From positions 6,448,001 through 6,512,000 of the forward strand of contig CM022672.1 of assembly GCA_012295275.1 (NCBI GenBank): a stretch of DNA of 64,000 nucleotides, in the 5' to 3' direction. The notes beneath the pieces are model-generated. The model did no database searches. It saw only the letters and a program-made list of their open reading frames with translations, and was not told where the DNA came from. Below are positions 26,353 through 38,737 of the stretch, in pieces. The translations under genes were made by a program, and so were the position numbers. Numbering within the stretch: the stretch's first letter is position 1; the number at the start of each line of letters is the position of its first letter. This DNA is from Chrysomallon squamiferum. Lineage: Eukaryota; Animalia; Mollusca.

Positions 26353-27450
26353 CCAACCATAAAGTAAAAGGACTTTTCTAAGATGAAAAAATATAAACGC
26401 TTTCTTGCCCAGTTAATTAGCATGTTTAAAAAAAAAAAAAAAAAAATAATAATATATATAATATATAATAATAAATTAATAAATAAATAAATAAATGAAA
26501 TAGAAATTTAAAAAAAAGATATTCACTTATTAATTTATTTTTTATGATTATTGTTTGCACTCCTGAGGAATAAAAAAATAAGTATTTTAGTGTATATATC
26601 ATTTATGCAATTTTAAATTTATTTAAACATGTGTCTTGTTTCTTGGTTTTTAAATTATATTTTATGACATTTCTTAATAAAAACTATTTCAGCCTTAATC
26701 ACCACTGAGTCATTAAAACAAGTTCATTAATTTGTATCACTCTTCTCCCTCTAGATTCATTTATTCCAAAATGACTTCATTCACCAGTTTAAAAAGCACA
26801 GATTTATCATAAACAAGAAGAAAAGAAAAAAATTGTTTTCTATAATTGGGTGATATTTGGAATTTTGAATTGTTTTATTTTTCTTTCATTTTCCTATATT
26901 TTTTATTTATTTATATATATATATATTTAATAAAGTCTGAAACCAGACTTCTTCTGGTTTTCTAAGATATTCTCTGGAATTTAATCTGTAACCTAATATA
27001 AGTGAATTTTGCCTCAATTCTGTTTCTTCCACTTGACATTTACAGAATTTTCAGAATCTGAACCAGTTTTGCATGCTATTGTAAATTCTTCGTGGACTGA
27101 TCTGTCATCATTAATGTTTATCTTCCTCATGAAACCTAATTCGAATTGGATCAAGTGTTGTAACTGAGCAAAGAACACTGAAATCATTATAATGGTCTTC
27201 CTCTCCGACAAAACTGGTCAAATGGTAATTGCTCGAGATATCTATCTTTACTTTAACTTCTTCACTAATGAGCTGGGTATCACAATGTAACTGCTAAGGT
27301 AACGGCAGGGTCCAATTAAAATGTTATACGATATACTAGAGATTATGTAATAACCAATAGTTGCTGAACCCTTTTAAGCAGTCACCATAGCAGTGACTCT
27401 TAACCTCTATATTTCATTTTTTTTAAATTACTTTATTTTTTTATTAGTTA

Positions 27451-27486
<36 letters not shown>

Positions 27487-28720
27487 AGTCTTTCAAACAA
27501 TTCTAAATGCTGGCATCTTCTATGATCACAGAAATACAATGACAATCAGCTGTGTAGTGAAGTTATAAGATTTTATAAATAAGCACCTCCAGTATTTGCA
27601 TAGCATCTAGGATAAGAATCATTGCACTTTAGCAGAAGTCAAAGTCATCATTGCTATGACGTATTCATGAGGAAACAATTTCTGAGCTGATCAGGGTTTT
27701 TTTTTGGTTTTTCTTGGAAGGGGGTGTTTCAAGTTACATTTTCATTTTTTCTAATTATTATTTTCTAATTCATTGTTTGCCAATCTTATAAGTCTTTCTT
27801 CAGGAGAAATTATTCCAATTTCTTCTGGGATTTTGTGGGGTTTTTATTCCTTTTATTTAAATTTTATGAAACAAATGAAAATCCAAATTAATTTAAATTC
27901 TATAACTTTCAGAAAAATCCTACTCCCCCAATCTCATTTATTCGAACACCATATGGACATTTGATTGGGTCCTGCTGGTTTTAATAATGGATTCTGAAAT
28001 GAGAAATCGCCCACACACATTTTCACTGTGTGCTTGTTCTGATGAGGTCATATAAATAAGACACTGGAAGTATTCAATGTAACTGATGGTCACAGTCTGA
28101 CAGTTCAGATGGAATGGCCATCACGGAAGTTTTTAATGTTTGTCCATCAGATGCTACACACTGTTATTAGCTGTAAGGATTGTTTGGTGCTCAATGCAAT
28201 TTACCAAGATTGTATGAGAATATTGATGAATTCTGATTTCTTACCATATGCAACAGAAATTGTACTGAATTTATTAACCATCTTATGCAACATATAAATA
28301 AATAAATAAATAAATAAATAAAGATAATAAATTAAATTAACAAATAATAACAATGTTTTTTTTGTCCAGGAAAGTCATTTACATATGTTGTCTGGTAATA
28401 TCATTTCCTATGTACATTTTGACAAAAAATAAAAAATGCAAGTCATTTATCATCTCATCTTTTTTTTTTTTTTTTTTTTTAACTCATCATGATCAATGGC
28501 TGCCTATAATTTAATATCTACCCAACATTTTCAGTGTCAAATACATCACTGCATATTTTATAAATGCAATAGTGCCAACAAGTTATTTTGACTAATTGCA
28601 AGATATTTATGGACAGAATGAATAACTGCGTTTATAAGTATATTATTTATTCATAAAACAGACAAAAGAACAAAAATAACTGGTAGTAATGTAACATAAG
28701 ATTAGAGACAAACTTGAATT

Positions 28721-28781
<61 letters not shown>

Positions 28782-31700
28782 AGTTCCTTATCATCAGTTC
28801 TATTGAATAATTAATGTAGTTTTGTTATTGTTCTTTCTAAGTAATCGCAATGGAAATATTTTCACATAATATGGGTACACAAAAGTGTGTTTGTGTGTGT
28901 GTGCGTGCATGTTTGTTTTCATATATGTATTAGCATTTGTGTATTTGTGTGTGGGTGTGCGTGATCATGTGAGCATTTGAATCTTTTCATCTTATAAAAG
29001 TGAGTGTATAAATGTGAATGAGAATGCATGTGTGTATATGACTTTATTTTAAAAACAAGTTTGGAAAAACTATAAAAAGCAATCACTGCTGCATGCAATA
29101 AATGGACCTCGCACATCTACACTGGTATATACATATACACCTGACATAAACATCCATAGGTATGGACCTCTGAAACCGATTTTCAAACAGGACATCTGTT
29201 CAATGAACCAGATGATAAATAACCAATAAAATTAGATAAGCAACTGATAACACCTGATCCAAGGTTTTCAAGGTGATCACTTGACCATTGAACTACATTT
29301 TGCCCATGGTCATCTAAGGTCAACTACCTGATTCAGGAAAGGTCACTACTTTGTTGTTGTAACAATCCTGTCCTGTAGAAAGTATGTACTTAGAGTTACA
29401 AGAATGATTTCTAAAGTGGCTTTGTGTTTATGCTGGTTACTCTCTATAGGTTTCTTTTTCACAGAGTCTGTTTATGCACAAATAGTGAAGCCTCAGTTTT
29501 TATAGCAAAAACAGTTATAATCAAGTGAAAGGAGTTGAAAATATGTAATATAGTTCAAGCATTTATCATCTGTTTAAACAATGGCATTTGACAACACAAT
29601 CTATAAATACAAAAGAAATGAACTCCACCCCCACCCCCCGAAAAAAAATAATCAGCTTCTTTTCAACCTTGAAACAAAGATAAGCCTATTTTGAATTATA
29701 ATAAAATGGTAAAAACAAACATAAAATCGTTTCTTTTCTTTAACTAGGCCATCTGCAATATTCCCTTAAATTTTAATTCAGTTTCTAACTCCATCAGTTC
29801 ATAATGTTGATTACCGATCATCATTTCAAAGCACAGTCATGTAAATCCATATTTATGGCACTTTAAATGAATTGATTAGTTTTTCAGTTGTGTTCATTTT
29901 AACCCTTAAAACAGTTATGACTGAGGAAACAGCATCTAAAGTAGTGACAAAGTACAGTTAATGATTTGCACTTATTAACACTTGCTTCTTGTAAATAACA
30001 ATCAATACGGTGGCTTTATCCTCACTATGCAATATCCAAATGTTCATAAAATATTTAATAAACAGTGAAGAAACAGTTTTCCCCAGCTATCCAGAAAACA
30101 ACCCAAATTTCCTATGAAGTATATAACCTTTCAATAATGTCAGATGTATTATTCTTAATTCAGATTTATTAAGGTAAAGTATTTGAAAAAATAAAAATAA
30201 AAATAATAATTAATAAATAAATAAAATAATAATAAAAAATAAATAAAATAAAATAAAATAAAATAAAATAAATGTTTCTGTTTTGCACCAATGAAACATT
30301 ACTTCCATATATATGTATACATTTTATTTATCACACAGATATAAAAATAGTTCTTTCAAATGCAGAAGACACTCTTACTTATTGTAAATACAAGACACAC
30401 ATTTAGTTTCATACAATGTAAATAATGCAATAGATTCACTGTTAACATAAACAGAGTAATAATATAGCAGATTTTTACACACGCACACACATACAGAAAT
30501 CCATCCATTCACATGCATGCAAACAATAATTTTTCATACAAAAAAAAACTGCTTTCAAAGTTCAATCATTTAATGCAGCTCAGAACAATCTTAACAGTAC
30601 TCTACCATGTACAAACAATAAAATAACATTTGTTTGTAACACAGAACCAATTATTTATTTAAATTTAATCATCTCCACTGTCCTGTTCTACGGGTTCATT
30701 CATACATAACATCACGGATCATCAAAGACCTAGCAATTCATTTGGGGAATAAATATTACTTGTACTGCTGCACTCTTGAGAACCACAAAAATAACTAAAA
30801 CGTCATTCAGTTTCAGCGGGCTGAAGTTACAGATCACAATTCCGTCCCCAGACACTGTCATTCAGAGAGAATCCACACAAAATCCCAGACGCAGGTAAGA
30901 ACGAGAAGTGGAAAAACAAAAACAGACATTTCATTGAAGTGATCTCAAAGAACTGAGATTGGCAAGTCCTTTGAGTCTTGGGACTATCGATTCAGTTACA
31001 CAACAATAACCAAGAGCCATTTGTCCACGGAACAATGCATAATAGAAGAACCATTAAGTGCTGTTTTAACAACGCCCACACTACCATATTAAGCTGAATT
31101 ATAACTATTTTTTTTTACTATTTTTATTTATTTGATCTACATATTGTGGTCTATGAGCAATGTTAATGAAGCATACGTTGTAATGGTATTAACATTTCAG
31201 TTGAAATATTTATGTAATGAATGGAAAATGCTGTTTCATGGAAACAAAAAGATAAAAGGCTTTGTGTAGAAATTTGTTTTAAATTACATCCAAGAGTAAA
31301 AACATCTTGCTAAATGAAACAAATTTCTGTACTAGGTCAAGCCATATCAATTACTCTCTCTTAATTCACTTCATCATATTAAGGGAACCATCAGTTTAGT
31401 TTTAAATGAGTAAACAAAACAAAAAAAACCAAGGTAACCCCCCCCCAAACACCAAAGAAACAAAATATAAAATAAAAAATTAAATCTATCTAGTGAAATA
31501 ATTTCAATGAATTTTTTATTATTTATGTATGAATTTCTTTAAACAAAAATCTACAATGAAAAATGTAATAAATGTCATATAATTATTTGTTTTTTTAAAT
31601 TATTTATGTAAGCATTTTCCTTAAAAAAACAACCTTTAAGATATGGACAAAAACGAAAATTCAACTCTAGTTATACCTAGTACCACAGTATTTGAAAACA

Positions 31701-32146
31701 AATCAGTAAGACAAATCTAATAAGCTGGAATACTGACAGACAGGTTACAAGTTTAGCAAAATGAATTTTATTCAGCATCACACTGTTCATGGAGTCAATA
31801 TCTCAAACACAGAAAATGGCCACTGAACCATTTCTTTCCAGCTGTTTATGCCTCAAGCATCGATCTGCTGGCTCACAAATGATGGTTCCAAATTATCATT
31901 GCCTAGGTGATTGGTGTGTGACGTCAAGTTCTGGAACCATTTTGGCAGTCAATAGACTGTCATGGCAACAATATGGTGGCCAGAACTGATCGATATCTCT
32001 GAACAGAGTCCATTGATAATCAATGTGGAATAGGTAAACAGTAAAGCAAGAGATGGTTTGGTAAAACAGGATCATTTTACAAATTAGTTAATTAAAATAC
32101 CTTCATTGTTAAAATGCCAGAGGCAATTGTAGGTTTCCTCATTCTT

Positions 32147-32177
<31 letters not shown>

Positions 32178-32202
32178 CAGATTTTTTTTTTAAAGGTAGA
32201 TT

Positions 32203-32245
<43 letters not shown>

Positions 32246-33924
32246 CAATATTTTTACTTCCACATATCTACTGATCAAAAACAACAAAAGAAAAATACAT
32301 TATTCTACTTGAACATAAAAAAAGAATAAGCCTGCAGCACACAATAAGAGAAATTCTTGGAGCAGTTTACTTTAAAGTTCAATAGTGTTTTTTCTCATTT
32401 TTTGTTCTACTGAACTATTTACTATTTAATTAATATAGATCAGGAACTCATCTGAGGTTTATAAATAGTCCTTGCAAAATAATCTTCAGGATTGTTGAAA
32501 AAAATAGGTCTTAAAAGAAATGTAATAACAAATCAATAATGTAAAGTGAAAAAAGCTTCTTTTTTTCCATCTTCTTTTAAAAAATTATGATTAATCCAAT
32601 TTAATGAATTCTTTGATCTAGATAAGTTTATTTAAATGTCAAACGATAATTCTATGTTTTCATAGAAATCTATTCAAGCATTACGTATAAATGCAATAAA
32701 ATATTAAACTGTATTGTATTTTTATAATCAATGACATGATTTTGTATTATCTTGAACTTAAACTGAAGACATCAGGGAGTGTACTGTAGCTGGATATAAA
32801 TACGGTAAGAAAACTTTCTCAACAGTAAAATGTACCGGTAAGGATTTGTAATGATGAAATGAAGAAGTAAAACACAGAAAACACAGATTTTACCTTTATA
32901 TATTCTTCAATATAGTGAAAAAAATTAAAATATTTAAAAAGTGTTGTTTCCGTTTTCTTAAATTAAAGATGGCACTGTTTGCCAAAGTCAGGGCTGCTTT
33001 TGTTTGATTTTGAATGATTAAAAATAAATGAGTGAATACATTTGGCTATCTGGATATCAGAAAAGTCATAGTTAATTACGGCTATGTAAAATTTAAATTA
33101 AAACCAGTATTTGGTTGTACATAATAATAGTTACTGGAATAATGTTGTAAAAGCTGTACCAAGTTTTCTAAATGCTGACGTGACAATGTCTGTTAAAAAG
33201 TCACATTTTTGGATGTATATTTAAATCACAATTTAAACAGCTCTCAACATCAAATATAATAAATTTAAAATGAAAAACAAAATGTATTTTATCTTATGTC
33301 TAATTAAGTTTATATTCAACCATCACCAATTCAAAAATAAATATAAAAAAAAGTAAGATTTACCCAATAAGTAAAACTTGAGAAATAAATTTAACAAAGA
33401 CTTGAACACAAAAATAACCAAGATGATTCCATATTTAATGAACATAAAAATTCTGTATTTTTAAATCATGCACAATATATTTTTTAGGAATGGAAAAATG
33501 AAGTTCAAATAACTCTCAGCTTAATGCCAAAACGTGAAAAGAAAACAAAAATTATGTTCTGAAAGACCTTTAAACTTTATCATAAATATCACCATTCATG
33601 GAGAAACTAAGTCCAATAAATAAACAATGGAAGCTAAAAGCAATATGGTGTACAAGCCAGTTGTTTCTCGTAAGTACATATAAGCCTACAAGGAAGTTGG
33701 AAGTTTAACAGAGACATCTGGTGGGAGATTATTGATTTCATCTTCTTTACGAATGGTAGGACACCACACAAAGCAGTTGAATGTTTATTAATGAGAGCAC
33801 ATAACAGTTGTGTATGTGGCAATCACAGTAAATAGGACATCGATCTGTCATGATCACACAAAAAAAAAATTCTACCATTATTCTTCATTGTGATTCTTCA
33901 AAAAACATGATATAAAACTGGTAC

Positions 33925-33972
<48 letters not shown>

Positions 33973-36900
33973 GTTATATTATTATTATATTTTATTTAAT
34001 TATTTTATTTATTCTTTCTTTTTCTTTGAATTGAAAGTTTATAAAATATTTTATTTTTAAATATAGTTTCTTGTTTTACACACATTAATTAGCCAACTAA
34101 TTAAATAACAACATTTACTACAGATTCATATTCCATCTGAACTAACATTCTTTCTCACCTACATCTGTATGCTGTTAAAAGAATTTATTATTAAAAAATA
34201 AATAAATAAAAATTATATATATATGTATATAAATATAAATATGAATTCAGTTTTACTATTTCTATATGTAAATGTCTGCTTGAAATTGGCAAAGAATGAT
34301 TCTTCTAACCATAATTTAGATTTAAGCCTAAGTGCTTCTGTCACAGTTTCACACTGGTTCACGTATAATATATTTTTATATAGGCCTAAAGAATCTGGAT
34401 AACCTGTATTAAGATCATACCTGGATTAGAATCATACAGGCAAGAAAATTGAGTCTTGAGTTAATCAGTTATGTTTATGAAGAAGAGAAAAAAAAAAAAA
34501 GAAGGTAATTAGTTAAAATTACTAGAAAGTACTAATCAGGTACACTGTGCTGAGTTAATTAGTTCGTCACAGCCAGCTAGTGAAAATTTCCTTTATTTAA
34601 TTAGCTGACCATACTGTCAGATTTAAAGGTGATTTTAAGTAATAAACCAACAGGATTATCTCTGGTGAGGTTATTGTACTGAATAATTTTGTAATGATAG
34701 TGGTCAGATGTGGTCAAGAGTTGTAATTATATTCTTCATTATCATTACACAGGTTCAGTACCCAAACTGGTAATTTTGTTAGGGTTGAATGACCGCAAAC
34801 TCCTTCGCACAAAAACAAGAAAAACAAAAACATCAAGTTTCAAATCTCACCTTTTGAAACCACCACTGAAAAGAGAATTACAAAATAATCCCTCAGAACG
34901 TTTAGAAACTAAAAACAAAACCTTAAGAATAGTTTAAATGTACATAAATTTTTGTTCTTCACATTAAAAATGATCAATAAAATGAACAGTAAAACATTTC
35001 GTTTCTGTTATTATTCCATGTTCGTTTTTAACTATCCCTTGGTGATCTATCTTGGATGGATTTTACTTTTGTTATTACAACAACAAAAAATACATTCAAC
35101 ATGTTCTTTCATTTTCTTTAATTTATATACAAGTTAACTATCTGTCTTTAGTAAACTACTATTAAAAATAATTCTTAAACTTTATAATCATTTTTAAAAT
35201 AAAAATTCTGCTAAGCTATTTCATTAAATATATTTAATCATTTAATGTCTAGTGCTGTACAAAGACATGAATGTCCAGTTTTGTGACAAGACATGAATGT
35301 CCAGTTTTGTGATAAGACATGAATGTCCAGTTTTGTGATAAGACATGAAAGCCCAGTTTTTTGATAAGACAGAATGTCTAGTTTTGTGATAAGACATGAA
35401 TGTCTAGTTTTGTGATAAGACAGAATGTCTAATACTGTTGCAAGACATGTAAAGTCAGGTTTATTTTCCCATTCTCGTCTAGGTGTGTCAACATTACTGT
35501 AATTCTTTTTCTTAATCTCCTTATAACTAAAAATGGAACCACAACAAGTCTTTCCTAATCTGCTTTTACTAATAAGCATTTATTGGCTGGATGACCAAAT
35601 GACCATTTAACATCAGATAATATTAAACTGATATTAGGTGCCAGACATATTTCTTTTCTTTTTATTTTCATTTATTAATGTGTTTGTAATAATTACACCT
35701 TTAAATAAAATATGTAGTCAGGCTGAATGTTGTATTTTATAACCCACTGGCTGCCCCAAGACTAGATTCTAAGAATCTTTCCTGAACTAAATGTCTAAAT
35801 AAGGTACAAAAATTTTGAAAATCAAAAGAGAATGTATTTATGATACTAACAAATTTAAAAACATAAAAGCAAAACAATAAATAAAATAGTAACAACAACA
35901 ATAGTAATAACAATAATAATAATAATAATAACACTAACAATAACAGTATTAGAAAAACTATTAAGATTTTCCATTTTAAAATGTACTTTTCTAAGGACTG
36001 AAAAATTACGTTTTGAGAAATGAGAAATTTAATTATAAATGTTTCTGTTTTTACAAGAGAATATGAGTTTCATTTCTTTTTTTCTTCTAAATGTTTTCTA
36101 AAAAATGTCATTGTTATTAGTAGTATTTATTTTATTTATTTATTTATTTATCTACTAAATTACATAGGTTTTCTTACATGTGTCAAGTATGTATGCAGTT
36201 AGACTGTGAAATCATACATTTCTAAAATAGCCCAGTCATTTAATTATTTATATTTTAATCAATGCTCTTTTTGATTCTAATTTTTAATTTATTTAATATG
36301 TGCATTATCTACTGTAATATTTATGTCAATGTTTCAGAAATGTGTTACAGCTAGTAGTAGCTACTGCCAGATGTTGACTTTTTTTACAATATTCAACTTT
36401 AAGATTATGTACTAGATGCACTACAACATTGTTTTTATTATTATTTTTTTTTTTTAAATTTCAACTTAATATGAAATTCAATTTTTAGTTTTAACAACAC
36501 ATAAAGAACAAAGAAGTCTTTAATGAGACACCAACACATTTTTCTGTGGATAATGATTTGGTGTCAGATTTTGTGTAATAATGATAAAAAAGAAAGGAAA
36601 ATTGCTGTCCTGGACTGTCCTCAGTGACTACTATTAAGAGATCTAATACATATGTGTATTCCCACGCACAGCAGAACAATACAATTTAGTATGGAACACT
36701 GACTGGAATGGGCAATGCATAAACAAGTATATGAAAAGGAATGTTACAGTAATATAAACTATTATGTGTATAACTAAAATTCTTCATTATTTGTTAATAT
36801 CTTAATAAATAAATAAAAAAATAAATAATTTAAAAAAAAAATTAATAATATTCTATAGCTGTATGTGTATTAACTATTAACAGAACAAACAATACTTTCT

Positions 36901-38737
36901 TCTGCTACTTGTTGACTTGATCTAAAACTTTCATACTGATTCTATTTATAACAACAGCATGACTACACTGAAAAGTAACTGATGGATAACAAGACAAATG
37001 CATTAATCTGCTTTCAAGCAATGAATATACATACATACACAGAATGATTATAAACGACAATGGATGCACAATACTTTCAAAAGGAAATGACAAAGGATTT
37101 ATTTGAAGCGATATACAGAAGTTGATAAATGAGTTAAGAGAGAGGCAGTGACAGAAAAAGAAACAAAGCAAAAAAGAAAGAGAGAAGATAAGGGATAGTT
37201 GCTTATATGATTGAGTTCATTAACAATTATAAAAATAGCACATTCAAAACAGAAGATATAGTTTATACATATATCAGTTTTAAGAATGAAACTTCAATCA
37301 TCAAGCTTCCAATATCATTTAATAAATCGTAACACACACATACACACTTAAAAAACAAAATAAATTCAAAATATTTATTATATTCTATTTGAATTGGTGT
37401 TTACTGCAATGTATATCAGTGTAAATTTGCTTGTGAAACACTGGTCTTTCAGCTTTAATTAGACCCAGTTGTTTGTTGATTACGGTGAATGTGATAATCT
37501 GGATAAGAAAACTTGCAAAATAAAATTATAACATACTGATTATTATATGTATCTTTCTCTTAAAAAAATAAAAATAAAAATTATATATGTATGTATGTAT
37601 GTACACACACATTTGATTTATTCTTGTATTAAAAAGGAGCTATATATGCCTTACAAAACAAAACCAGATTTTTTTTTTTTTTTTATCACCAGCCAAATGA
37701 AACATTTAACTAATCTGAAATAATTTTTAATTATTATTTATTTTATTATTCTTATTTCTGTGTATGGGAGGTTTATTTTGTTGTCTTTTTCTTTGTGGCA
37801 ACGATATTTTATATATATCCATTGAAACTCAAGTTTTCAATATATATATATATATAATCATTTTAATTAACAATTATGCTCATTAGTGGATCTAAGTTTT
37901 CATTAATTGCTATATAATACCTTCATTGATGTACCACAATAGCTGAATTATCAATATACGTTTTAAAAATCAGTCAATAATATTGCAAGCCATTCATTAT
38001 AAAATAGTAATCAAATGATTAATTAAGTCTGTTATTTAACAGAAAACCTAATTATGATAAACTAAAATTTAAATAATGCACACAAATATTAAAATACTTT
38101 GGAGAATATAACATTAATTATTAAAATTTGTTTAATATGGTTAATTTTATACAAAAATGAATTTCAATATTATTATGTTGACATCTGTCAAACGGATATA
38201 TAATGAAATTAATTTTAAAAATATATTCTTTTCACAATATTATTATTATTATTATTTTTTTTTATTAAGAAAAGTATTGGTTTTTATTAAAAAAAAAAGG
38301 TTTGCAAATAATTAATATATTTTGCAATGATATAATAAAGTTATACTATTGTAAGGTAAAGTGACATTCATCAGTAATAATTAGTAATTACCATTATCAT
38401 GATTATGTTCACTGGTTGAAGTGGTTCATTTACATAATTTAATTTTTTTTACGTATGTATATATACAAATTGTAAATTAAAGCTATAAAGAAATATACCT
38501 ACTAGTCTATGTAGGTGCATGTAGAAACAGATTTAAGTAAAAACAAATACCCAAAATATAAATATAACAATAACATCTGTTTCATGTTTCATAGTAATAC
38601 AGCGTATTTGTGTGTCGTATGTGTCAAAGAGCATTGCGTCGTTTTCAGCTGTTCTTACCTTCAAATCTTGCCTGTGCTCCCGTCCAAAACTCTAACACAG
38701 TTAGCAGCAGAAGGGTTATTAAAAACTGCCGCCACAT
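7245..38737 (-). CDS. NPDC1: NPDC1/CAB-1-family type I membrane protein; complement(join(7245..7349,7897..7996,8313..8477,17466..17532,18421..18690,20330..20383,24041..24100,38659..38737)); 299 aa as written, 292 aa if the last-exon indel is repaired (stop 7267-7269)
   Basis: All exons are GT-AG and phase-consistent. Signal peptide MWRQFLITLLLLTVLEFWTGAQA, TM segment VFIVVVAACSVAGLVGILMAGVCWY, and hallmark cytoplasmic motifs YPAYGVTGP, GDRKLAQSAQMYHYQHQKQQMIAMEK, EENEEGDYTVYECPGLAPTGEMEIKNP. Confidence 0.93.
7897..7996 (-). CDS. NPDC1: NPDC1 exon (acidic stretch + TVYECPGLAP)
   Basis: ttag|A ... CCT|gtaagt; ANGEMKHDASDEESEEENEEGDYTVYECPGLAP. Confidence 0.96.
8313..8477 (-). CDS. NPDC1: NPDC1 exon (MYHYQHQKQQM motif)
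   Basis: poly-T then gaag|A ... AA|gtaagc; LNRSAKAASDVEYPAYGVTGPTKERLPSPGDRKLAQSAQMYHYQHQKQQMIAME. Confidence 0.96.
12234..12272. repeat. (CA)n microsatellite
   Basis: Directly visible; similar tracts at about 11937, 24175 and 57813. Confidence 0.95.
16230..16530. repeat. ~32-bp minisatellite (tgtcatatccagacagattttatatctaaataa)
   Basis: About 8 progressively degenerate copies visible. Confidence 0.8.
17466..17532 (-). CDS. NPDC1: NPDC1 transmembrane exon
   Basis: tgtttcag|TT ... AA|gtaagt; VVAACSVAGLVGILMAGVCWY; phases 1 and 2 fit both neighbours. Confidence 0.93.
18421..18690 (-). CDS. NPDC1: NPDC1 lumenal stalk exon (P/T/S/Q-rich)
   Basis: cattgcag|AT ... G|gtgagt; 270 nt, phase 1-1; overlaps ORF 18413..18673; its end (NAVFI) runs into the TM helix. 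Confidence 0.88.
18680..19085. repeat. ~95-bp tandem repeat (A/B dimer of ~190 bp) copying the acceptor of NPDC1 exon 18421-18690
   Basis: Units aligned on CTGCA at 18691, 18786, 18880, 18975, 19051; alternate units nearly identical. Confidence 0.85.
20330..20383 (-). CDS. NPDC1: NPDC1 short lumenal exon (54 nt)
   Basis: tttatttcag|AA ... AAG|gtatga; (E)DIDKYENILNLLTKRLQ; open, phase 1-1. Confidence 0.78.
22600..23230. repeat. Degenerate ~30-35-bp minisatellite (acagacagtggttacagaatgaatgattagat)
   Basis: Recurrent cagtggttacaga and gattagat cores over ~600 bp. Confidence 0.75.
24041..24100 (-). CDS. NPDC1: NPDC1 short lumenal exon (60 nt)
   Basis: tttatttcag|AA ... AAG|gtatga; (E)IEPAEFVSQNDKTVKRNNE; open, phase 1-1. 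Confidence 0.75.
25802..25868. repeat. (AAT)n microsatellite
   Basis: Directly visible. Confidence 0.95.
28724..28778. repeat. Compound (CT)n(CA)n microsatellite
   Basis: Directly visible. Confidence 0.95.
34851..34865 (-). CDS. Candidate 15-nt microexon of NPDC1 (adds VVVSK)
   Basis: Minus strand aattctcttttcag|TGGTGGTTTCAAAAG|gtgaga; strong splice sites, frame-preserving, no stop. Confidence 0.4.
35262..35450. repeat. 26-bp minisatellite (aagacatgaatgtccagttttgtgat), ~7 copies
   Basis: Units start at about 35262, 35288, 35314, 35340 and onward. Confidence 0.92.
38659..38737 (-). CDS. NPDC1: NPDC1 first coding exon (signal peptide)
   Basis: accATG start; MWRQFLITLLLLTVLEFWTGAQARFE with AxA cleavage motif; GAAG|gtaaga donor, phase 1; lies in a CpG-enriched patch next to a CRE. 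Confidence 0.85.

Noticed and set aside
28039-28100. CTGATGA ... CTGA as a C/D snoRNA or hammerhead core
   Set aside because: Antisense to the host intron, no terminal stem, and no GAAA after a stem II. Other CTGANGA sites checked (e.g. 521, 59287) also lack hammerhead geometry.
35238-35579. 113-aa minus-strand ORF with repeated LDILSY/HSCL
   Set aside because: Translation of the 26-bp minisatellite.
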